Shown here: positions 20,323-30,521 of the stretch, piece after piece | How the letters are laid out: every line of letters begins with the position of its first letter | Position numbering within the stretch: position 1 is the first letter of the stretch | Origin: Candidatus Latescibacterota bacterium | Lineage (GTDB): Bacteria > Latescibacterota > UBA2968 | Direction of reading: 5' to 3' | Length of the DNA: 64,000 nt | Assembly: GCA_965222605.1 (NCBI GenBank) | Contig: OZ244960.1 | Span: 2,240,001 to 2,304,000 of the forward strand | Notes under the pieces: model-generated | Databases searched by the model: none | Told to the model about the DNA's origin: nothing | Seen by the model: the letters and a program-made list of their open reading frames with translations, nothing else | Translations under genes and position numbers: made by a program

Positions 20323-20358
20323 CAGTTCGACCTCGTTTCTTTTCAAAGACTACCTTCA

Positions 20359-20387
20359 AAAGTATTCGGAGACCGGGGGAAAGTCAA
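20359..20387 (-). promoter_or_regulatory. Sigma70-like promoter for the GH-like gene
   Basis: Minus strand TTGACT-N17-TACTTT. Confidence 0.55.
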
Positions 20388-20471
20388 CTCTAACCTGAGC
20401 CGATTCCCGAGTAAACGACCATCCGCGCAGCATTATCGTTTTCCGTGAGCGGTCACCGCCACCGCGAATAA

Positions 20472-22037
20472 TCACCCCGCACAATGCCTTTCCCAGGCAT
20501 CATACATCTCGGCCATCTCTTTCACCAGGTCCGGGTATTGATCCGCAAGGTCATTCACCTCTGTTCGATCAACCTCCATATCGTAAAGCTCCCAAAGCGA
20601 ATTCGGGTCCGGCTGCGCTTTTTGTTCTGACCTTGCCTCTCTTTCAGGACGCCAGGGATTGTAATCTCTCCAATAATCAGGAGAGACGAGTTTCCATTTT
20701 CCCATTCTCACGGCACGCCAGAGGGCGATCTCACTATACTGATTCCAGTACAGCGCCCTGTGGCCCTCGCGCTGTTCGCCCCTGAAGACCGGCAGCAGGC
20801 TCTTGCCTTCAAGGGGCAGGACGCCTTTGCGGGAGGACGGGTATTCCGCTCCTGCAATATCTGTACAGGTGGCCATAACATCGATGAGGTGGCCGATCTG
20901 ATGGGTGATCTCGCCCCCGTTTTGAATCACGCGCGGCCAGTGTGCGATGAGCGGTGTAGAGATGCCACCCTCGTGATTCCACCGCTTGAATTTGCGAAAA
21001 GGCGTATTGCTGAGATTGGCCCAGGGCAGATCCACCGTACGGTACGACGCCACGGGACCGGGTGGAATATCGGGCGTGCTGGTCCTGTCTTCATCGCTGG
21101 CACCGTTGTCGGACAGAAACAGCACGAGGGTGTTTTCCTCTATACCGAGTTCGCGGAGTTTGGCCTGAAGGCGCCCGACGTTCTGGTCCACGCGGTCAAT
21201 CATGGCCGCGTAAACGGCCATCTTCAGATCCCAGGCATCTCGATCCTCAATCCCCTCCCACGACAGCGAGTCCGGATCGCGCGCCGAGAGGGCCCACCGC
21301 TCGTCAATCAGACCCATCTCGACCATGCGTTCGAGGCGCTGCTCCCTCAGTCTATCCCAACCGGCTTTGTATTTGCCCTTATACTTTGCGATATCCCTCG
21401 GCCAGGCGTGCAGGGGGTAGTGCGGCGCAGTATAGGCCACGTACAGGAAGAAAGGTCTGTCTTCTCGCCCGTACTCGTCCAGGTATCCAAGGGCGTAATC
21501 GGTGAACGCGTCGGTGGTGTAGAAGTCCTTATCTTCGGGTGTGTAGGGCTGGATGACCCTGCCGTCGATGGCAAATGCGGGATTGTCATCCAGAAATTTT
21601 TCACCGGGCTGTTCTTCACCGGGTCGTTGCAGACCCGGGTTAAAGAAGTTGCAGCATCCGTCAACGAGGCCGTAATAGCGGTCGAAACCCCGTTCGACGG
21701 GTAATCCAGAAAAGAGCCCGGACAGATGCCATTTTCCCGCCATGAGGGTGCGGTAGCCGGCAGCCTTGAGTACCTCGGCGATAGTGACACAGCCCTTCGG
21801 CCCTCCCTTGCTGACTTGCTGGGAGTAAAGCCCGGTCAGCAGAGACGCCCGCGTGGGTGCGCACAGGGCATTGTTGTAAAACTGGGTAAAGCGAAGGCCG
21901 TTTGAGGCAAGCCGGTCGAGGTTGGGAGTGCGGATCTCGCCGCCATAGCATCCCAGGTCGGAAAAGCCCATGTCATCGACCATAATCAAGAGAATATTCG
22001 GTCTTGAGCTATTTTCCATCGATCTACTCGAGTTCAT
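20472..22037 (-). CDS. Arylsulfatase (formylglycine-dependent, AtsA-like), no signal peptide
   Basis: PNILLIMVDDMGFSDLG, CAPTRASLLTG, GKWHL, APHYPLHA, SDNG. Confidence 0.92.
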   Translation of the reverse strand: MNSSRSMENSSRPNILLIMVDDMGFSDLGCYGGEIRTPNLDRLASNGLRFTQFYNNALCAPTRASLLTGLYSQQVSKGGPKGCVTIAEVLKAAGYRTLMAGKWHLSGLFSGLPVERGFDRYYGLVDGCCNFFNPGLQRPGEEQPGEKFLDDNPAFAIDGRVIQPYTPEDKDFYTTDAFTDYALGYLDEYGREDRPFFLYVAYTAPHYPLHAWPRDIAKYKGKYKAGWDRLREQRLERMVEMGLIDERWALSARDPDSLSWEGIEDRDAWDLKMAVYAAMIDRVDQNVGRLQAKLRELGIEENTLVLFLSDNGASDEDRTSTPDIPPGPVASYRTVDLPWANLSNTPFRKFKRWNHEGGISTPLIAHWPRVIQNGGEITHQIGHLIDVMATCTDIAGAEYPSSRKGVLPLEGKSLLPVFRGEQREGHRALYWNQYSEIALWRAVRMGKWKLVSPDYWRDYNPWRPEREARSEQKAQPDPNSLWELYDMEVDRTEVNDLADQYPDLVKEMAEMYDAWERHCAG

Positions 22038-22049
22038 CAGGTATCTCCT

Positions 22050-23495
22050 TTAAAAACTCATTGTTTGCGGAGGGCCGGGGTCCATCGCCAACACACGGGC
22101 GTCAAAGTTTTTTTTCAAAAGCTGCAGCTTCAGGTCCCGGTATTCCGGATTCTGCCACAGGTCGATAAATTCCCAGGGGTCGTTTTCCAGATCGTAGAGT
22201 TCGCCCAGGTCGTCGTGATCAGCACTGTGGTAGGCCACGATCTTCCACCGGTCATCCCGGTACATCGTCGCGTGTACGGGGCTGGATGGCCTGTGGTCGA
22301 AGTATTCAGACCGCACAAATTCCCGGTGCTTATCCGGTTCTGCACGCCCGGTCAGAATGGGCAGCAACGACTTTCCCTGCGTGCGCTCGGGAATCGGCAG
22401 TCCAGCAAGGTCCAGCAAGGTGGGCGCGATGTCAATGAGTTCGACCAGGGCCGAGCTGCGCATACCGCACCGGAAGTGTTCGGGCCACGACCAGATGAGG
22501 GGGACGTGTACTCCGCCTTCGTAGAAGCGGCAACCCTTCAGGACCAGGCCGTGGTCCCCGAGCATTTCACCGTGGTCGCTGGTGAAGAGCACGACCGTGT
22601 TTTCGCGCTGTGCGGTTTCGTCCAGAAAGCTCAGGATGCGTCCGAACTGGTCATCTACCAGCGCGACCATGGCGCAGTATGCAGCATACAGGGCCCGGGC
22701 GTTTCTCTCATCGGGGGGAAGAGAGCGAGTCTGGAAACGCACGCCCGCCTCCGCCAGCCCGTCCTGGTGGGCGATATCGCTTTCGCGGAAGTGTGGGAAG
22801 GGCATGGCGGCGGGATCGAACCGACGATAGTATTCCCAGGGCGGGTTAAAGGGTTTGTGGGGGTAGAAGACATTCACGCACAGCATCCAGGGAGCCTGTG
22901 CCTGGCCGATAAACTCAAGGGCTTTCTCCGTACACCAGGTAGTCTGGTGCAGGTCGGGTGGTACGTTGTCGCGTTCGGGTGTTGGGGCCATGACGCGGTC
23001 CATCTTCCGGTGCGGGAGCCTGACGACTTCGGCGGGATCCAGACCTTTTTTACTCAGCCAATCGGCGTAGTCATCCTGGTCGGGCGACAGTGGGTTAACT
23101 GAAGTGTGGTTCCACTTGAAGTACCTGAACCCGTCGTCGGCGCGGGATTCGCGCCTGTTCTTGCTCCCCGCCAGATGCAGTTTTCCAACCAGCCCGCAAT
23201 CGTATCCAGCCTCCGCCAGCAAGCGGCTCACGAGCGTGGCCTCGGCTTCTTTGGGAAAGTAGTCGTTGCCGTTGTAATTGACGTGTACTGCACTGGGATA
23301 TCGCCCGGTCATAAAGCTGGCACGGCTCGGGGCGCAAATAGGATGCTGGCAGTAGGCGCGCGTGAAGGCCACGCCATCGGATACCAGCCGGTCGAGTGCT
23401 GGGGTGCGAGCGTGGGGATTGCCCAGCACGCCGATGGTGTCGAAGCGCTGTTGGTCGGTGCAGTACCACAGGATATTTGGCAGACGGTCTGGCAT
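22050..23495 (-). CDS. Sulfatase-like hydrolase, no signal peptide
   Basis: PNILWYCTDQQR, CAPSRASFMTG, GKLHL, SDHGEMLGDHG. Confidence 0.92.
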   Translation of the reverse strand: MPDRLPNILWYCTDQQRFDTIGVLGNPHARTPALDRLVSDGVAFTRAYCQHPICAPSRASFMTGRYPSAVHVNYNGNDYFPKEAEATLVSRLLAEAGYDCGLVGKLHLAGSKNRRESRADDGFRYFKWNHTSVNPLSPDQDDYADWLSKKGLDPAEVVRLPHRKMDRVMAPTPERDNVPPDLHQTTWCTEKALEFIGQAQAPWMLCVNVFYPHKPFNPPWEYYRRFDPAAMPFPHFRESDIAHQDGLAEAGVRFQTRSLPPDERNARALYAAYCAMVALVDDQFGRILSFLDETAQRENTVVLFTSDHGEMLGDHGLVLKGCRFYEGGVHVPLIWSWPEHFRCGMRSSALVELIDIAPTLLDLAGLPIPERTQGKSLLPILTGRAEPDKHREFVRSEYFDHRPSSPVHATMYRDDRWKIVAYHSADHDDLGELYDLENDPWEFIDLWQNPEYRDLKLQLLKKNFDARVLAMDPGPPQTMSF

Positions 23496-23521
23496 TGTGT
23501 TTTCTCCTATTAATCGGAAGC

Positions 23522-24511
23522 TCAGTCGATATCCATCTCGCTAGCCCGCAAAATGGCTTCGTGGACGGCGAGGTCGTGGGCCGAGTTCCAACGGAGTTCC
23601 TTTTCGCCCTGAATGACTTTCGCCAGGTCAAAAAAGTCCCCGTGATAACGCCCGTCCAGCATTTCTAATTCCACTGTCTGGTAGCCTTCACGAAATTCAC
23701 CGAGGGGTTTATCCAGGGAAAATTGAAGTTTCGGCGGTTCGAGTGGATCGATTACCACAGCGCCATTCTCGCCAATGACCTCGAACTTCCGGCGTCCGTG
23801 TGGGTCGATATGGTTGCTTCGGATGGTAGCGGCTGCCGTCGGATACCGGAACACGGCAAGCTGGTTGTCTGCCAGGCTGTCCTTGTCCGGACGTGAGCGA
23901 TAGGTGAATGTTTCGACCCCTTGCGGCGGGCCCAGAACGGTAACCATCTGATCGATGATATGGCAGCCGAGCTCGAACATGCCGCCGCCCGGGAACTGCC
24001 CTATTTCGATGCGCGCGGAATCGCTCGCGAGTTTTCCGATCATGCCGTTGAGCTCGGTAATGGATCCGAGCCAACCGTTATCGACCGCTTTGAAGAGAAA
24101 CTCGAAGCCGGGGTTATACCGAAACATATATCCCATCTGGATCGTCAACCCGGCTTTATCGGCGGTGGCGTGTAACCGGCGGAGGGCGCTCATGGAAGGG
24201 CCAGCCGGTTTGTCCAGGTGGACGTGCAGGCCTGCCTCGAGGCAGCGCTGGGCGGTAGAAACGAGTTCGCCTACGTCGGTTTCAACGGCGACGACTTTGA
24301 GGCCCTCGGTACTGAGCAACTGGTCCTCCGTCAGCCAGTTTGCTTCCTCATAGGCAGGGTGCGCTGCCATTTCATTCTGCCTCTTTTCGTCCGCTTCGAC
24401 GATGCCGGCTACTTCGTAAAGTTGGTTCAGTTCCCGCATTGTTTGGAACTTACCGGTGGCATGAGCGTGTTTTGTGCCGATTTGACCGATGCGTATTCTG
24501 TTCGTGTCCAT
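23522..24511 (-). CDS. Gfo/Idh/MocA family oxidoreductase
   Basis: N-terminal Rossmann region, HVHLDKPAG, GGMFELGCHIID. Confidence 0.88.
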   Translation of the reverse strand: MDTNRIRIGQIGTKHAHATGKFQTMRELNQLYEVAGIVEADEKRQNEMAAHPAYEEANWLTEDQLLSTEGLKVVAVETDVGELVSTAQRCLEAGLHVHLDKPAGPSMSALRRLHATADKAGLTIQMGYMFRYNPGFEFLFKAVDNGWLGSITELNGMIGKLASDSARIEIGQFPGGGMFELGCHIIDQMVTVLGPPQGVETFTYRSRPDKDSLADNQLAVFRYPTAAATIRSNHIDPHGRRKFEVIGENGAVVIDPLEPPKLQFSLDKPLGEFREGYQTVELEMLDGRYHGDFFDLAKVIQGEKELRWNSAHDLAVHEAILRASEMDID

Positions 24512-24588
24512 GATGCTGAATACCTCCTCTGGTGCATTAATTTCCCAGGATTGCTTATCCGACGAACGATAAGCTGTTTCCTTTCTCT

Positions 24589-25659
24589 CTACGGCTGCAG
24601 CAAGACCTTTCCGATCGAAAGCCGTTCCTCAATCAGCCGGTGCGCTGAAGATGCGTCTTCAAAGGGGTATACGTGGCGGACCACCGGCCGGAGCCTGTCG
24701 GCCTGGGCCAGGTCAATCAACGCTTCCATAATCTCGGGTGCGCGCGCCTCCGCATTGCTGGTACCCCCCCACCCGATCAACTTCAGATTTTTCACCCAGA
24801 ACGGCCAGAAGTCGACCTGACCTGTACCGGTGAAAGTGTTGGAACCAAAACTGACCATCCGGCCGCCTTCAGCCATGCAGTCCAGACTTCGGGTGAAGAC
24901 TTCGCCACCTACCGACTCCCACACCACGTCTACGCCGCGCCCTGCGGTGGCTTCCAGCACCGCAGCCACGAAGTCGTCGGTCCGATAGTTGATTGCCAGG
25001 TCAGCGCCGAGTTCGCGTGTCAGCTCGAGTTTTTCCGGGCTGCCAGCGGTGACCAACACCCGCGCCCCGAAGAATTTGGCAAGCTGGATGGCCAGGACTC
25101 CCGTGCCGCCTGCGGCGGCGTGGAGAAGCACAGTCTCACCTGCCTTCAAACCCGCTGCGATTTTCAAAGTGTGATACGCCACCGGCGCATAACCGAATGC
25201 GGCCACCTGCTCGGGCGTAAACGACGGGGGACAGGCCGTTGTACCCGGCCTTCCGTCGGGCCTGGGCTGCAAAGCCTTCGCATCCACCATACCCCACTCC
25301 ACGCACGAGCCTGGTCGCAGGCCTCCAACCAGATGGCGAGAACCGGGTTCAACACCTTCGACCTTCGTCCCCGGCACCACAACTTCCACGCAGGCTGTGC
25401 CACCGGGAAAATAGGGAGGACCCGCGATACCGTAACTCGATTCTCGTGCCGATCCGATGCGGCTGCTACCGCCGCGCCTGATGTGGAGCTGAATGTAGTC
25501 GATGGCAACGGCCAGAACCTTGACCAGAACCTCGTCGGGACCCGGCTGTGGCGTGGCTACCTCCTCACAGTGCAGGACCTCCGGCCCGCCAAATTCGCGG
25601 TATACTACGGCTTTCATCGTGTCGGGAAATCGGACGGGATTAATATCTCTTCCGGACAT
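24589..25659 (-). CDS. MDR-family (quinone oxidoreductase-like) NAD(P)H oxidoreductase
   Basis: MKAVVY..FGGPEVL, LLHAAAGGTG, GVDVVWESVGG, GKVLL. Confidence 0.88.
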   Translation of the reverse strand: MSGRDINPVRFPDTMKAVVYREFGGPEVLHCEEVATPQPGPDEVLVKVLAVAIDYIQLHIRRGGSSRIGSARESSYGIAGPPYFPGGTACVEVVVPGTKVEGVEPGSRHLVGGLRPGSCVEWGMVDAKALQPRPDGRPGTTACPPSFTPEQVAAFGYAPVAYHTLKIAAGLKAGETVLLHAAAGGTGVLAIQLAKFFGARVLVTAGSPEKLELTRELGADLAINYRTDDFVAAVLEATAGRGVDVVWESVGGEVFTRSLDCMAEGGRMVSFGSNTFTGTGQVDFWPFWVKNLKLIGWGGTSNAEARAPEIMEALIDLAQADRLRPVVRHVYPFEDASSAHRLIEERLSIGKVLLQP

Positions 25660-25689
25660 ATCTGATGTGACCTCTCTGTAATGCGTCGG

Positions 25690-25739
25690 ACCCTGGCCTC
25701 ACCACTGACCAGTTCCTCAACGGTAATCTCCAATACATT
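25690..25739 (-). pseudogene. 50-bp remnant of the 3' end of a GWxTD gene
   Basis: 5 mismatches in 50 versus 15075-15124; encodes NVLEITVEELVSGEARV versus NILEITVEDLVSGEARV. Confidence 0.75.
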
Positions 25740-25825
25740 GGAGGGAACAGATGTCTGTAAGGCTCCGGCGGTCTCATCTCCCAGACCGGCCTCGCTTCCC
25801 CACCAGCGCTGCTTCCCTGCCGACA

Positions 25826-27322
25826 TCATCCGTCGCCCCGCGCAACGACCTCCGACCAGGGGACGCCCGAATGGATGTCCTCGTGCGCTTGAGACCAGGT
25901 CTCAGTTTCATAACCGGGGACATTTGCCGGAGTCAATCCCTCTGGAAGCGAGCCGTGCAGAAGCGGCGGACAGGAGCGGAAACGCAGCAGATCGATCAGC
26001 AGCTTTTCCCGGATCTCGCGGTAGTCGGGATCATCCCACCGGTTGATGAGTTCGCCCGGGTCAACGCGATGGTCGTAAAGTTCGCTCTCATCCCCCGTAA
26101 TATCGAGCGTAATCCGAAATTCCTCCGTACGCATCGACATATGGTGATATGACTTGACGTGTTCGCAGAGCACGGCCTGCTTATTCCAGGTATCTCTCCC
26201 CTGAAGAGCGGGAATCAGGCTTCTGCCCTGAACAGTATTGGGCGCCTCAATACCCAGAAGATCGGTCAAGGTGGGATAGAGATCGACGGATTCCACAAAG
26301 CTATCGAAAACCTCCCCCTGCGGCAACGCCGCGGGATAGCGCAGAATAAACGGCACCCGATGGATGCACTCGTAAAATCCGAGATTTTTCCAGATCAGGC
26401 CGTGTTCGCCGGCAAAATCGCCGTGGTCTGCCGAATAAATGACGATGGTCTCCTCGAGAATGCCCTGGGATTCCAATTCTTCGAGAATGCGTCCAATCTG
26501 CTCATCAATCAGGGAGACCAGTCCGTAATAGTGGGCGATGCACTTTTGTAGATGTGCCCTATCCCTGGGCCTGAAGGGATAGGGAAATTCTCCCCGTTTG
26601 GCCTGTTGCTGGCGTTCGGACTTGCCCTCAAACTCATCCGCAGCATTGGCCGGCACCGTAACCTCCTCGGGATCGTACATGCGATCAAAGGGCACGGGCA
26701 CGGTAAGCGGATCGTGTGGTCTTGAAAAAGAGATACATGCGAAGAAGGGTTTGCCCTTATCGCGATCCCGAAGATATTTGACAGACTCATTCCCACACCA
26801 GACCTCGACCGAATGCGCCAGTGGCAGGGGCGAAGTCACCGCACATTCGGGGTGCTTTGTCCACTTTTTGTTCAGATCAAAATCATCTGCCACCCCGGCT
26901 TCTACCAGACTGCGAAAATAGTCGCAACTCAACGGGTCGTCGGGCAGGGCGTCGGTCATGTGGTCGAAACGGTGATAATCGAACTCGCGGCGGGACCAGT
27001 GGACTCCAATATGCCCCTTGCCGATGATAGCTGTTTGATACCCCACCCGCTTCAATGTAGATGTGATCGGATTCAGGTGATCGGGCGGTTCGTCAGTGTT
27101 GCTGTGCCGCCGGTGAAAATGCTCGTACATCCCCGTCATGTAGGAAATCCGGGATGGACCACAGTGCGCGCTATTGCCATACGCCCGCGAAAACCGCACC
27201 CCCTCGTGCGCCAGGCGATCCATGTTGGGCGTCCGAAGCAGGGGTTCCCCAGCGCAGGACATCGTGCGCGCATTGTGCTGGTCGGTCAAAATCCAGAGGA
27301 TGTTGGGTTGTTCAGTTGCCAT
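25826..27322 (-). CDS. Sulfatase-like hydrolase, no signal peptide
   Basis: PNILWILTDQH, CGPSRISYMTG, IGKGH, PHDP, ADHGDFAGEHG. Confidence 0.9.
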   Translation of the reverse strand: MATEQPNILWILTDQHNARTMSCAGEPLLRTPNMDRLAHEGVRFSRAYGNSAHCGPSRISYMTGMYEHFHRRHSNTDEPPDHLNPITSTLKRVGYQTAIIGKGHIGVHWSRREFDYHRFDHMTDALPDDPLSCDYFRSLVEAGVADDFDLNKKWTKHPECAVTSPLPLAHSVEVWCGNESVKYLRDRDKGKPFFACISFSRPHDPLTVPVPFDRMYDPEEVTVPANAADEFEGKSERQQQAKRGEFPYPFRPRDRAHLQKCIAHYYGLVSLIDEQIGRILEELESQGILEETIVIYSADHGDFAGEHGLIWKNLGFYECIHRVPFILRYPAALPQGEVFDSFVESVDLYPTLTDLLGIEAPNTVQGRSLIPALQGRDTWNKQAVLCEHVKSYHHMSMRTEEFRITLDITGDESELYDHRVDPGELINRWDDPDYREIREKLLIDLLRFRSCPPLLHGSLPEGLTPANVPGYETETWSQAHEDIHSGVPWSEVVARGDG

Positions 27323-27352
27323 GGTGGGTTATCTCCTTTTGAAAATTCCAAA

Positions 27353-29365
27353 TTACCAGCCGTGAACATAATGACCGTCTCCAAGAGGGAACCAGATGTA
27401 GTCAACAAGGGAGGAAAGGAAGACCCCCGCGACGTAGCCTATCGGGAGACCGATGAAGAAAGGAGTCGCACGGCGATACAGACCAATGCCCCCGATGCGC
27501 ATAATCAGGCTCTTGGCGGCCCAGGTCAGGAAGATGGAGAAGGCGTAGATCCGGGGACCCGTGGTATTCTGAAAGGCCAGACCGAGGGGATGGAGGGGCC
27601 ACCAGGGCAGGCGGTTGCGCAACAATATCATGAGCAGAACCTCCAGGGCGCCGAAAAGACAAACGCCCACCTTGGCGGGGTCGAAGACGGTGAGATCGCT
27701 CTCCAGGACTTTCGCCGCCAGTCTGTTGTACGGAGCGACCAGTGCTCCCGCCGGGTTAAAAGGTCCTTTGTGCAGGTTCTGCCCACCGTAGATGTAGGGC
27801 AGGTAAATCACGAAGAAGAAGGAGGCAAACAGGCCCGCGAGAAACGCCAGCAGAACGAGCCAGACGACGAGCGTTCGCCTGCGGGTGAGGCTGCTGAGGA
27901 GCTTGAAGTGATGGGGCAGCGCCGGCCAGGCCGGGATGCGGAGGTTACCGAAGAAAACTCCCGTGTTGACCATGCCGATGCCGACGAGGTCCCCCCGGGA
28001 AAGGTTCGCGGTGCCGACCAGGGTCTCCAGCATAGGTCCCCCTTTTACGGCCACCGGAAAAAGGTGGGTAAATCCGCTGGCGGCCGTGAACTTGGCAACG
28101 GTCAGGTAGGCGATGTAGAGCATTAGAGTGTGGGCGATGGCCATTGGGAGCGATATGCCGAAGGCGTGCATCAAGCCGACGATGAAGACGGTAGAGATCC
28201 CGAACCCGAGCAGGGCAATCCGATAGGACACAGTCCCCTCGTCCTTCGGAGCACCCACGCCCCCGAGTGCAGTGCGCCAGACCCGCTGCAGATGGCTCCG
28301 CGCGACCCAGACCGACCAGAGCGCCAACAGGACCATTGCGCCGTAGCCCTCCAGGTCGAGGATTCCAGTGGGAGGAGCCTGCTGCCCGGATAGTCCAATA
28401 CCGAAGCCAGTGCGGTTCATGATCCCCAGTTTGAAGATCGCCAGCAGGCGGAACACCCAGAGGCTGAGCAGGATATCCAGGGTGCAGAAGTAGGTAAGCC
28501 CGATCACCGTAGGCAGGACCCGGAGATAGACCGGAGGGAAGTCCCTGCTTACATACACCGCCTTGGTCAGGTAGAATCCAAAAACGGTGATTTCAGGCAA
28601 TACGACCGCGAAGTAACCTACGATATTCCAGAGAAAGATACCAAATACCAGAAAAAAGCCCACCCAGAAGACGCCATCTCGGAAGAGGCGGGGTACCCGC
28701 CCCGGCTCGTCGAATCCCGACGTCAACTCCACGGCAAATTGTGCAAGCGGATAGGTCAATCGCTCGGCATCCTCCCACTGGCGCTGGAGGATGATAAACG
28801 CGCAGATGCCGGCTGTGAGCACGGCGATGGGGATCGCCGTACCCCAGAAGAGGGGCCTGACCCACCCGATCCAGGGCACGGGTGTCTCGGGCGCAAGGCC
28901 GTCGTAATAGGGTCGGATAACGGCCGGAGACGCATCGGGCATATACCACCAGGGCAGGGCGTCGAAGAACGCCTCTTCCCACCGGTTCTCGGGGGAGGCG
29001 AAGTAGGTGGGTGCGGCCAGGGTACTCGCCCAGTAGCCGGTAAAACCCTCGAAGGGGATGTTTCCGGCGATCCAGGACATGCTGTAGATCACCAGGAGTT
29101 CAGTGCCGCTCAACGCCGCCCGGGGGAGGAAGGCCTTCAGACCCAGGTTGGCGAAGAGCCAGAGGCCAAACGGGATCAGCATCGCCATCGGAAACTGGGA
29201 CTTGTTCAAGGAAAAGGAGCCCATGACCATGCCGGCATAGTCGGCGTAGATGTTGAGAATTACGACAGTGGCCGCGCCCAGGAGAACGGAGCGGAGGGTG
29301 ATGCGGGCGGGCGCCTTCTCGGGAGCCTGGCTGGCGTTGGTGCCAAGAGCTGAAGAATCTTGCAT
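27353..29365 (-). CDS. Polytopic inner-membrane protein, DUF6785/DUF6784-like, putative transporter
   Basis: Many TM segments; ITLRSVLLG, YFASPENRW, QWEDAERLTYPLA, WWPLHPLG, RIGGIGLYRR..PFFIGL, C-terminal GH.VHGW. Family name is from recall. Confidence 0.75.
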   Translation of the reverse strand: MQDSSALGTNASQAPEKAPARITLRSVLLGAATVVILNIYADYAGMVMGSFSLNKSQFPMAMLIPFGLWLFANLGLKAFLPRAALSGTELLVIYSMSWIAGNIPFEGFTGYWASTLAAPTYFASPENRWEEAFFDALPWWYMPDASPAVIRPYYDGLAPETPVPWIGWVRPLFWGTAIPIAVLTAGICAFIILQRQWEDAERLTYPLAQFAVELTSGFDEPGRVPRLFRDGVFWVGFFLVFGIFLWNIVGYFAVVLPEITVFGFYLTKAVYVSRDFPPVYLRVLPTVIGLTYFCTLDILLSLWVFRLLAIFKLGIMNRTGFGIGLSGQQAPPTGILDLEGYGAMVLLALWSVWVARSHLQRVWRTALGGVGAPKDEGTVSYRIALLGFGISTVFIVGLMHAFGISLPMAIAHTLMLYIAYLTVAKFTAASGFTHLFPVAVKGGPMLETLVGTANLSRGDLVGIGMVNTGVFFGNLRIPAWPALPHHFKLLSSLTRRRTLVVWLVLLAFLAGLFASFFFVIYLPYIYGGQNLHKGPFNPAGALVAPYNRLAAKVLESDLTVFDPAKVGVCLFGALEVLLMILLRNRLPWWPLHPLGLAFQNTTGPRIYAFSIFLTWAAKSLIMRIGGIGLYRRATPFFIGLPIGYVAGVFLSSLVDYIWFPLGDGHYVHGW

Positions 29366-29450
29366 GGGATCTGTTAAAAAAATATCGCAATGGCGCAAAA
29401 GCCACCCATTCAAACCAAAAGGTTCCAGGTGGGTAAGCTTTGTACCTGAG

Positions 29451-29488
29451 ATCCCCTCGGCTCCGTCTAAAAGGGAAGCCGAGGGGAT
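29451..29488. terminator. Strong GC hairpin downstream of the porV-like gene (terminator or mRNA-stabilising stem)
   Basis: ATCCCCTCGGCT ... AGCCGAGGGGAT, a 12-bp perfect stem; no U-tract on the minus strand. Confidence 0.5.
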
Positions 29489-29509
29489 TTCGCGTTTTCA
29501 GCCCGGCGG

Positions 29510-30493
29510 TTACAGCGAGCCGGAAAAGCTCAGACGGATCGGGGCATCGAAATATTTGCCGAAGTTGGAGTAGGCGATGTCCAGCCGAATATTTCGACCT
29601 GAGAAGGTGCCCTTCAGCCCTGCGCCGACAGTCCACGATTCTGCATCGTAGTCAAACTTATAGCCAGCGCGCAGCGCGACGATATTCTTCAACCACAACT
29701 CGCCGCCCAGATTATAGCGCTGGTCGCGGTCGGTGAAGTAAGCCCCCTCGAAGGAGGCGGTTAGCGACACTGGGTCGCCCAACTCGCCGATGAACTCCAT
29801 CGAGGTGCCCAGATTGAACACCACCGGGAATTCCGCGGGGTCGCTGTGGATCTTCATCTCGTTGCCCAGGTTGTTGATGCCCATGCCGATGCGGAGGCTG
29901 CGGTAGCCAGTGTGCAGCAGCGTGTAGAGGCTCAGCGAGGTCCCCCCCAGCTTTTCCGGGCCAAGATTGGACTGGACGAATGAGAACTTGGCGGCCGCAG
30001 AGAGCTTGTCGGTCAACTGACGGGCAAAAATCACACCCAAGGCGTAGTCGCCTACATCCAGCATTTCTCCTGTGCCATCGGGCTCCAGGATGGTGGTCCG
30101 TTCGATCTCTGGAGGTTGGTGGCTAACCACGGAAATGCCCAGCATAGCGTTCCACCCGACATTGAGGGCAACAGCGCCAGAGTAGAACTCGGAGTCCACC
30201 AGCCACTGCGCGTATCCAAAGGAATAACCCAACCGCCGCACCGAGGTGATACCGGCCGGATTCAAATAGATCGCATCCATGCCCTCAGCAACAGAGGTAT
30301 AGGCGTCGCCCATCGCCGCAATACGGGCACTTGGTGTGACCTTCAGGAAGGCGAGCGTGCTCGGTCCTTGCTTTTCAAAAGCTCCGGTAACCTTGTCATT
30401 AAACAGGTGCGGCACATCCAGATCTTGCTGTGCCTCCGCTCCCAGCGTGCCGCAGACGGCAATCGCGATCGCAAAGAAGAGAATTCTTTTCAT
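29510..30493 (-). CDS. PorV/PorQ (UPF0164) family outer-membrane beta-barrel
   Basis: Signal peptide; AFLKVTPSARIAAMGDAY..A...AIYLNPAG signature; LRAGY; alternating beta strands. Confidence 0.85.
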   Translation of the reverse strand: MKRILFFAIAIAVCGTLGAEAQQDLDVPHLFNDKVTGAFEKQGPSTLAFLKVTPSARIAAMGDAYTSVAEGMDAIYLNPAGITSVRRLGYSFGYAQWLVDSEFYSGAVALNVGWNAMLGISVVSHQPPEIERTTILEPDGTGEMLDVGDYALGVIFARQLTDKLSAAAKFSFVQSNLGPEKLGGTSLSLYTLLHTGYRSLRIGMGINNLGNEMKIHSDPAEFPVVFNLGTSMEFIGELGDPVSLTASFEGAYFTDRDQRYNLGGELWLKNIVALRAGYKFDYDAESWTVGAGLKGTFSGRNIRLDIAYSNFGKYFDAPIRLSFSGSL

Positions 30494-30521
30494 AGTTGAA
30501 ACCATCCTTTATTTAAAACAG

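Noticed and set aside
9081-28126. Other long antisense or alternate-frame ORFs (e.g. 9081..10307, 19067..20092, 22065..23102, 26813..28126)
   Set aside because: They overlap well-supported genes, have composition typical of shadow frames and show no family motifs.
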